Assembly: GCF_009914755.1 (NCBI RefSeq)
Contig: NC_060937.1
Direction: 5' to 3' (one strand)
DNA from: the human T2T-CHM13v2.0 reference genome, Homo sapiens
Length of the DNA stretch: 64,000 nucleotides
Shown here: piece by piece, positions 55,030 to 64,000 of the stretch
How the letters are laid out: each line of letters starts with the position of its first letter
Position numbering within the stretch: position 1 is the first letter of the stretch
Translations under genes and position numbers: made by a program
The notes under the pieces: generated by a model
What the model was told of the DNA's origin: nothing
Seen by the model: only the letters and a program-made list of their open reading frames with translations
Database searches by the model: none

Positions 55030-57095
55030 CAAGAAGAGAAAAGAAAGAAAATTGGTTGATGGCACTGGAGAGCTTCCAAGGCAACCAGGAGTTAAGGGGC
55101 CAACATTTTGGAAGAAAGGAAAACATATGGAGATGAGCACTGTGTTGTACATTACTCTTTCTCTCAAGAATTTGCTGCTTCAAAAGTGGAGGAAGGCAAA
55201 AAGCTGAGAATCAGAGCAAAGCTTTTGGCAATCCACAATGCTAAGGAGACAAAAATTAGAGTTCAAGGCTTGCCAATAAAGAGTAGCCTTGGTAAACATC
55301 CAGGTTTTCAGTTGGAGCCCCTATAAACTATACGTTAGCCAAAAATCAAACTAGAAATAGACAAGCTAGCACACACATACATGTGAAAGCCAATTTCAAA
55401 TATATTTCATACTACAGTAAACTGGAATCTTCTGCCCCAACTGTAATAAAAAGAAAAAAAATCCTCCTCAAAGACGATAAAATCATAGCTTCTATAGTTT
55501 TCTTTCTAAAATGTCCAACACTCAATTAAAACTACTGAAATTGCCAAAGATACCAAAGGGAACAATTAAAAAAATAAATACATATAGGAGTTAACAGACA
55601 CAGATTTTAAAATAACTATAATTAATATATTTAAGAAAATCAAGTAAATGATGGAGATATAACCAAAGAACTGAATTAATCAAATGGAAGTTTTAAAACT
55701 GGAAAAAAATATAATACTGGAAAGGTAAATTCAATGGATGAGTTCAATAGCAAGAGAAGAATAAATAATTTTAAAATGTTTTAATTGAAAATAGCCACCC
55801 TAAAGCAAAGAACATAAAAAATGTATAAAATCTAAAAAAGGGAGTAAAAACATGTGGGACATTATGATAAAGACCAAAGAAAGCTGGTGTTATTATACTA
55901 TAGCAAATAAAAAGTAAACATGAAAGTGAAAAGCAATATATTCTGATATAAGGATATATCTACCAGTAAGATATAATAATGTTATATTAGCCTATAAAGA
56001 ATGAAGGCAAAAACTGACAGGTCTGGAGGAAATATAGAAAAATTCACAATCATAATGGGAGATATTTAATGCAGTTTGCTTCAGTAACTGATAAAAATGG
56101 AGAAAAGAAAGTAAATTAAAAAATAAAAATTTGAACTACAAAATCAGTAGACTTAATGTAATTGTCATACAGAGAATATTGCACCTGGCTACAAAATAAA
56201 ACATACATTTTGTTTTCAATTTGCTATTTTATTTGTTCTCTGATTATGGTAGATTTAGTCTAGAAATTTAGTAATTTTTTGTTATAAAAAGATAACCAGA
56301 CAATTGTTAAATATTTTGAAATTAAACAAGCACTTCTAAATAATCCTAAGTGAAAGAAATCACAGAATAAGAAAATATTTTACTAAGTGAAAATTAAAAT
56401 ATAACAGAGAGCTACTTTTTAGTGTAGCTAAAGCCATGACTACAGGTAAATTTACCATTTTCCATGAATGTTTAAATTCTTCAATGGCTTAAAATCAACA
56501 AGCTTACAATTTATACTTGCACAAAGTTAAAAGAACGCAAATTTAACCTAAAGGAATTAAAAACAAATAATAAAATTAAGAAGAAATTTTAATACAAAAA
56601 AATTACAATAGGAAAAATCAGCTAAGCCAAAAGTCACTTCTTTGAAAAAGACTAAATAAAATTTAATACACCCAAACGAAACTGCATGAGATAAAAGAGA
56701 AAAGGTACAAGTCGTCAATCTCAAAAAAAGGGGGACTTCACTACAGATTTTATGAACTACTAGCAGAGATAACATGAATGAACCTGCAAATACAATATTA
56801 GGTAAAAGAAGCCAGACACAATAAAGTACATGCTGCATAACATCATTGATATATAGTTTTTTCAAGTAGGCAAGACTAATATATTGTGTTAGAAGTCAAG
56901 AGAGTGGCTGCTTTTAGTTTTCATTGATTGGAAAAGCACATGAGGAGCGTTTCTTGGGGGCCGGGTAGTGCTCTATTCTTGATCCGCATGGTCTTCACAC
57001 AAGTGTATTTATTCACTCTGTAAAAATTAATTAAGTTGTGTATGATTTGTGGACTTCTTTTAATGTGCATGTTATATCTCAATAATATTTATTTT
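55030..57095 (+). mobile_element. Ancient, internally deleted L1ME-like element(s)
   Basis: ORF1-like segment (~55580-55860), ORF2 endonuclease-like aaagaaagctggtgtt, ggggacttcactacagat, then an L1ME-type 3' end (aaaagaagccagacacaa...gttagaagtcaag...tgttatatctcaataa). Confidence 0.75.
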
Positions 57096-57649
57096 GAAAG
57101 TGAAAGAGCATTTTGAATGTAAAAACTGCTATATTTATGAAATAGAATTAAATGACCTCCATATCATCTTCAATATATAGGTTATTTAATAAATCTGCCC
57201 AAGTGCTCTACTCTAGGAATTTTGTGTATCTTCAACTTTAGTCTTGCTTGAGAAATACTGAAAGGATTTTCTCATCAAAATAAAAGAAATGCCTTTTAGA
57301 GGAGAAATAAAAGCTAGGAATGGACAGAAAGAGGATTATAATTTTTCCCACAGGTTGGGAAGAACATTTATTCTGTTAGGTTGTCTCCTGGATTTTATGG
57401 TGTTTCAAATTTTATGAAACAAGAAAATATAAAGAAAGTCTTTCTGAAAAAAAAAATATGGTGGAATTCCTATTATTGAAATAGCAACATTTGCGAGAAA
57501 GGGATGGGAGAAGATGAACTAAAGCCATAATTCTTGATGTCTCCCTCCCACTTCCCAAGTAGTGACTTCCAAATCTGATTTCTTGCAACTAGCCCTCTGT
57601 CCATTTTTCTTATTTGTTATCAAAGAGACCCCAAGTGAAGAGGGAGTCA

Positions 57650-58000
<351 letters not shown>

Positions 58001-58142
58001 GATACGCGAGGAGTTTGTGCAGAAGAAATAGAAAAGTACTACTACTACCATAGATTATATGACCCAGGAAAAATTACTTAACATCTGTCAGTTTCCATTC
58101 TTTCGTTTGAAAAATAAAGAGAATATTATCTACTTTAAAGGG

Positions 58143-58243
58143 TTTTTTAAGCTTTACTGAGACATAATTAACATACAAAAATGCAATTCATTTTGATGAG
58201 TTTGGACATATTCATATACTTGTGATACCATCACCACATCAAA
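58143..58243 (-). mobile_element. L1M 3'-end fragment nested in a MIR (~58040-58275)
   Basis: gctttactgagacataatt...ttgatgagttttggaca...accatcaccacatcaa. Confidence 0.65.
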
Positions 58244-59485
58244 GTTTTTGTGAAGTTCAATGCAGATAATGATGAAGTTTGATGAGCTAAGATATTGGTT
58301 GCTTTATTTTTACTTGAAACCATAGGAATATCTCAGTTTTATCAATTTAGCAACATTCTTAGATTATTCAAAACAAAAAGTGCTTAAAGAGGACCATATA
58401 CTTAGAGCCACTCTGAGATGAGAATATATACAAGAGTAGGCAAGGTCCCCCATCCCAAGAATTCTGGCACCTACATTTTAGAGGTTTATCGCTCCCTTTT
58501 TTTTATTATATTATTATTTTCTGTCCTTATGCTCTTTCTCTTTCTTTTTTTAAGCTTCTTGGCTTTTCTTGTGTCTATCTAAGGTTCTTTACAGTGTCCA
58601 GAGGTATTTAAATGAAAGAGGCTCATACGTTTCTTAACAACAAACCCAAGAGACAAATACCCAATATTTGTGTGTGTTATATAGTTTCTTAATTGGAACT
58701 TTAAATACCATGCCAATATATGCAGTTTACAGCCCACCCCATTTTTCCTCATGAAACAAGATGCTTGCAGCCAATAGTGATGCAGCCAATATTGATACCA
58801 AGCCACTATTAACTCATATGTTTAATCAAACCATCTGTGTGTAATACAATCTAAATGAAATCACCTTAAATGCAAGCGCCAGTAAGTGCAGAATAACTAA
58901 CTTCCTGAAGCCATAAAGCAATTCTCTTGACTTATAATTATTTTCTTCACTTGCAAAATTACTATTTACTGAGAGTTTTATCAAGGGATGTCTTTCCTGC
59001 TCAAAATCCTGTCATGGTTTTGAGAATCTGAAATTTCACTGGCTGACTGCTAATCAGAAACACATTAGTCTAGCCTTCTTTCAAAGGAGGCACTTTTAAT
59101 AAAAATCTAATAGCTTTAGTTCTATGTTTGAATAATGCAACTTATTAAAATTGAGAACCTCACTTATTTAGTGCTTCTCTCTCTCTTCCAAAGAAAGCCA
59201 GCTGATACTGTTATCTCAAACTGGTTAGTATCCAGTGGTCTCAGTTTTCTAGTTCATCCAATGTTGCCATCTAGATCAGCTTGCCAGTTTTCTGGGGTTT
59301 TTTGTTTGTTTGTATATTGCTCTTTTCCAATGAATTCTAGTGGCTATTTAGAAGCATGCATGCTGTTGCTGAGGAATATGTTCAATATTATCTACCAGAA
59401 CTTCAGACTGAAGATCTGAAATTCCTGTGAGGCAATTTGACATTCATTTAAGTTACAGATCAGAGTTGTGGAGACTCTAATTGTG

Positions 59486-59508
59486 GTGTGTGTGTGTGTG
59501 TGTGTGTG
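59486..59508. repeat. (GT)n microsatellite
   Basis: Direct reading. Confidence 0.9.
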
Positions 59509-60091
59509 GTCATTCATGTTAGTTAGACCTCTTTTCCTAGGCTTGTCATTATTTCCATATTTCCTCATTGAAGCTTTATTCTCTTTAAATGGGTTTTAAC
59601 TTTGCACCTAGTGTGACTGCTGTTATGTACACAAGCTGTAATTTTTAAAAATAATTCTGTACAGATTCGAACCCTAGAAGAAAATAATGAGACTTGTTAA
59701 GATAAAACAAATAAAAGTGTCTGGAAGAATCGAGTTCTATAAATACTGGGAGGCATTAAACAGACTTTTAGTGGAGACTTGGGTAGGCTTTTTTTTTCCT
59801 GTCTCTATATTCAAATCTGTGAATACAGGAGAATTGTAGCTTTTATATGCCTAAATATAGAGCAGGGTGACTATAGGGAAGGAGGGAGGGCTGTGTGCCA
59901 CAAATATACAGAATCTATAGAATATACAAAGATGATTAACCAACTATTTTCAGGCTGCATTTAATGAGCAGCTAACAGGAAGCATGGAGTCTAAGCCAAC
60001 CCTAAAGAAAGGGGGTAAGGCAGAGACAGGGAGACAGGCACTGAACATAGACTGTCAGCATCTAGAGGACAGTCCTGTTCTCCAGAGGGCC

Positions 60092-60200
60092 TTTTGTGTT
60101 TGTTTGCTTGTTTGTATGAGTGTACGGAGTACAGGTGCAATTTTGTTACAGGCATAGATTGCATAGTGTTGAAGTCATGGATACCTTAAGTATCCATCCT
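60092..60200 (-). mobile_element. L1PB/L1MA-like 3'-end fragment
   Basis: gtacaggtgcaattttgttacaggcatagattgcatagtgttgaagtca...gtatccatc. Confidence 0.75.
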
Positions 60201-61457
60201 ACAAATTAAAACCACAATGTAGGTGGCCTTCTAATGTAACATATAATTGCTCTGGCAAAGGAATACACTACTGTCTCAATGTTCTAAGATCTAATTCATG
60301 AGGGACTCTACACAGCGTGCAAAAGAAGAACTGAAAGCTGAGAGGCATCTATCAAATTGTCTTGTTCAATGGGTTCATTGCATAGAGGTCTCTGCGTGTT
60401 AACAGACCTGCCCAAGTTTTCCAGCCAGTTTGTGGGAGCACAAGGCCCAGTGTGTCTACCTCCAGGGCTTTACCAGCACCGACCACACCATGAAGAGTGG
60501 CAGTTTTTTGTGGACCTTTGGGCTCTAGTAAGGATAGTGGTAAATAATACTGATGGAAATGTGTGAGACAAAATGCAGGTGAAATTTGGGGTATTTTCTT
60601 ATATTCAGGTTTTAAGAAAAAAAAAATCAACAGGCCTATCTCTGGAGATGCCAATGAGAATGTTGCAGAAAATTTAAAAAAGAGAAGGAATAGCAGTGTG
60701 AGGCTAGTCAATTATGATGACACCAGTTATTGCTAAAAAATGGATATTGCAAAGTGCTGTTTCCTTTTTTAAAAAGTGAACAAATAGAAAGACTTAGCTT
60801 GTAAACGAATGTTCCTGGGGAGATTCTGCTGGAGAATTCATTATAACTACTACCATAGGGCAAAAGCAAAACTCACAAAGACACAAACATTGTACCTTTA
60901 CCTTTAGGTTAGCCTGATTTGTTAGTATAGAAAGTTGCAAAAAGTACTTAACAGTGTAATATGCATCTCAGTTTCACTTGACTATACAACCATGCAGAAA
61001 GTAAAAATGATAACATTTATGGGAGTGTTTGGACACTAAGGGCATTTCTAATGATAAAAAATGTGTCAGTTCAGCAGCAGTAGCATGGGAACAGGAAACC
61101 TTTGCTCATGAGTGCCATATTCTTGAAACTTTAGCAACTTTTGCAACTTTTACAATTTTCCAAAATGCAAAGGCATTGGGATGCAGAAAACAAAAGTTGG
61201 TCAAACATGAAATACTTGAAATCTTGTAGGAAAACTTCAATCTTGCTTCACCCTCTTTAGTGGCTTACTCCAAAAGGAAAGTCTAAGAGATGATGGAACA
61301 GACGTGTCTGAACTCTGCTGTCCTGTATAACTTTTAAAACTATTGTCCCATGCATTGAACAGAAAGGAGTGGAGGCAGATCTGGAGAAGGCTCTTTTCTG
61401 CAGGGTGGCCATCATTTGTAACATTACTGTCCCAGCAGTTTCTGCATCATGTTCTCT

Positions 61458-61960
61458 CAGAGGATTATAAATTATTCTACTATAAAGACACACGCACATG
61501 TATGTTTATTGCAGCACTATTCACAACAGCAAAGACTTGGAACCTACCCAAATGTCCATCAATGATAGATTGGATAAAGAAAATGTGGCACATATACGCC
61601 ATGGGATACTATGCAGACATAAAAAAGGATGAGTTCATGTCCTTTGCAGGGACATGGATGAAGCTGGAAACCATCATTCTCAGCAAACTAACACAAGAAT
61701 AGAAAACCAAACATCGCGTGTTCTCACTCATAAGTGGGAGTTGGACAATGAGAACACATGGACATGGGGAGGGGGACATCACACGCTGGGGCCTGTTGGG
61801 AGGTGGGGAGCTAGGGGAGGGATAGCATTAGGAGGAATACCTAATGTAGATGACAGGTTGATGAGTGCAGCAAACCACCATGGCACATGTATACCTATGT
61901 AACAAAACTGCACATTCTGCACATGTACCCCGGAACTTAAAGTATAATAATAATAATAAA
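61458..61960 (+). mobile_element. 5'-truncated L1PA (L1PA7/8-like): ORF2 C-terminus, 3'UTR and (TAA)n tail
   Basis: YYKDTRTCMFIAALFTTAKTWNLPKCPSMIDWIKKMWHIY...MSFAGTWMKLETIILSKL, then a G-rich 3'UTR ending gaacttaaagtataataa. Confidence 0.96.
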
Positions 61961-62094
61961 TTATAGGAATGAACAGAGGGAATCTTGTGGTTGACATTCT
62001 AGCCTGTTCTATGGGTACATCCAGGAAGACACTAGAGTATAATGCTGACTTTTATTATGATTAAGGATTCATTGAGTTAATTCTAAAACTGTAC

Positions 62095-62250
62095 CCCATA
62101 TTTGTCAGACTTGTGTTCAAATACTACCCCTGACCACTATGAGTTCCTGGAAAAATTCCTTCACTTCCTCTCATCCATGAAATGAAAATAATACCAACAA
62201 CACCCTGTTGTTGGGAGAAGTATGAGATGTGGTATGCAACACTTCTCATC
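62095..62250 (+). mobile_element. MIR fragment
   Basis: cagacttgtgttcaaatact...ctcatccatgaaatgaaaataatacc...gttgttgggagaag. Confidence 0.65.
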
Positions 62251-63749
62251 TGAGCAGATGCAGTGAAGATGTCTGGTTACTTTCCCTACACTTTCCTTTA
62301 ATTCATCAGGTATGAAACCAAGAAGACTGCTTCTACCTAGCATAGATTTGTACAATATCCTTATCCCTGTATTCAGATCAGATCCCACCCCAGAGAGAAG
62401 CAAGACAGCAAATGCATTCAGTCTTCTCTACCCCAAGTTTGGCCTCAGCATGAAATTCTCTTCATGAAAACAGCAGTCATCTCATTTGCTGGAATAAGGA
62501 TGAGGTAATTATTGAACAATCTAAGCCACAGAAATGATTAAGGTGCTGGTGGCATTTACTTATGCAGAAAGATTAATAGGGTTAAACAATTGTAAGTTGG
62601 CCAAATGGTAAGAGGAATAAAAAAGCCATGAACAAATATTTAAAGGGCATGTTGTATCCAAGGATAAGCAGGAATTATTTACAGAAATTCAAAGAGATAA
62701 AATGAGGCATGTGGTGTAATAAAAAGACATTAAGCAATGAGAATCGCACTATTTTAAAGGCTTTTTCAAAAGAAAGAGAATTGTTGGATTCTGAAGAAAA
62801 CAAACAAGTAAATACCCATCCATCATTGAAGAGTTTCCTGAGAAAAGACACTGCATTCATGTCTCGTTGTTGAGCCAAGTAGTTACATGTTACCCCGGAA
62901 AATCTCAATGGAAGAGATAATATTATCATGTCTATAAATTTGTTCATCTACTCTAATTGCCAGCTCTTTGCCATTTGCTTATACCTTAAAAGCTGTTTGT
63001 CATTTTGACAAAAAATTAACATAGAAAAACTAAAAACACAAATGTAGAAACATTACCTTAATCATGTCTGTGTAATAGGTAGGTAAAGAAGAGGTAGAAC
63101 ATATTATCAATACTTGAAACCCTTAGGTGTAAAAATAAGGAACAAATCTATCCATGAAAACGTTCCACATAGAGAAAATGAACTATGATAAACGGCCCTT
63201 CCAAAGTTTATGACTATTTCTTTCTACATAATGCTTAAACTTGAGTGATATTTATCATTAAGCAAACTAATATTTTAGTTTGCCAATGATTATTTGCTAT
63301 GATAGTAATTAAGGAGTCTGAAAAGCAGCCGTTGCTTAATCACAAATCTATTATATTTAAATACAAAGACTAATTCTCAGAAAGACCATTCATCTTCTTC
63401 TGTTTTATAGAGACAAGCCACTCTGTCCAAACACAAATACATGTGATGAAAGGAATATTCTTCCCAAGTAAGGAAACACCAAGCATTGCCTTCTAATGGT
63501 ACCCGAATACCAACTGAGTACTATTAGTGTTTGGCTGAACATCAAATCACATGGAATAGTTAACGTATTAATACTCTCAATTAGAAACCCAAATATATCG
63601 TCACTATAAAAAGATGATCGCATAAAGGGTACTGGTTGGGTAAATGGTAGGTTTAAAGTATTTCGATGCTAACTTTACCACTTTGTAGTAAAAAATACAA
63701 ATTTATTATGAAAATTTGAATGCCAAATACTATACGGGTAGGATAAGAA

Positions 63750-64000
63750 CTGAAAACAGAATCTTGAGTTTGATCACTTGCAGGTCATGGGTGACCGTGA
63801 CAAGAACAGTTTGTTACTGGGGACAAACACCTGTTTAGAAAGGGTCCAAGAGAGAATGGGAGAAGGATAGTTGCAATTTCTCTTTCAAAGAGTTTTGCCA
63901 GTAACAGACAATTAATTCAATAGCTAGAGAGAAATGCATAACCAAGAGGGGATTCTTTTTTAACATGGGGTAATTATTTAAGATGTTCTAAATATTAGAG
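63750..64000 (-). mobile_element. L2 fragment
   Basis: aggtcatgggtgaccgtgacaagaacagttt...aagagagaatgggag...ctctttcaaagagttttgc. Confidence 0.7.

Noticed and set aside
61343-61702. 119-aa ORF with a strong protein match
   Set aside because: It is the L1 ORF2 C-terminus of a truncated element, with no promoter or upstream ORF2.

Overview
AT-rich primate (very probably human) genomic DNA lying inside FGF14 (FHF4), which is transcribed on the minus strand. Two coding exons were found by reading the sequence; the supplied ORF track misses both. Exon 2 is at 31431-31541 (111 nt, [37 protein letters not shown]) and exon 3 is at 24970-25073 (104 nt, [35 protein letters not shown]). Everything else is intron, filled with Alu, L1, L2, CR1/L3, MIR, MLT1 LTRs, DNA-transposon relics and microsatellites. 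No listed ORF looks like a real protein gene, and there is no CRISPR array, RNA gene or GAA tract. The most interesting unexplained signals are: a candidate 11-nt microexon behind a ~190-nt AG-free U-rich tract in intron 2; a 180-bp near-perfect palindrome with a duplicated tip; a 109-bp inverted copy inserted into a MIR; a tiny A-tailed insertion with target-site duplication (TSD); a recursive-splice-site motif in intron 1; a UG-repeat-adjacent cryptic exon candidate; and a Tigger transposase fossil. These are hypotheses from sequence alone. Repeat subfamily names and old-repeat boundaries were judged by eye and are approximate.
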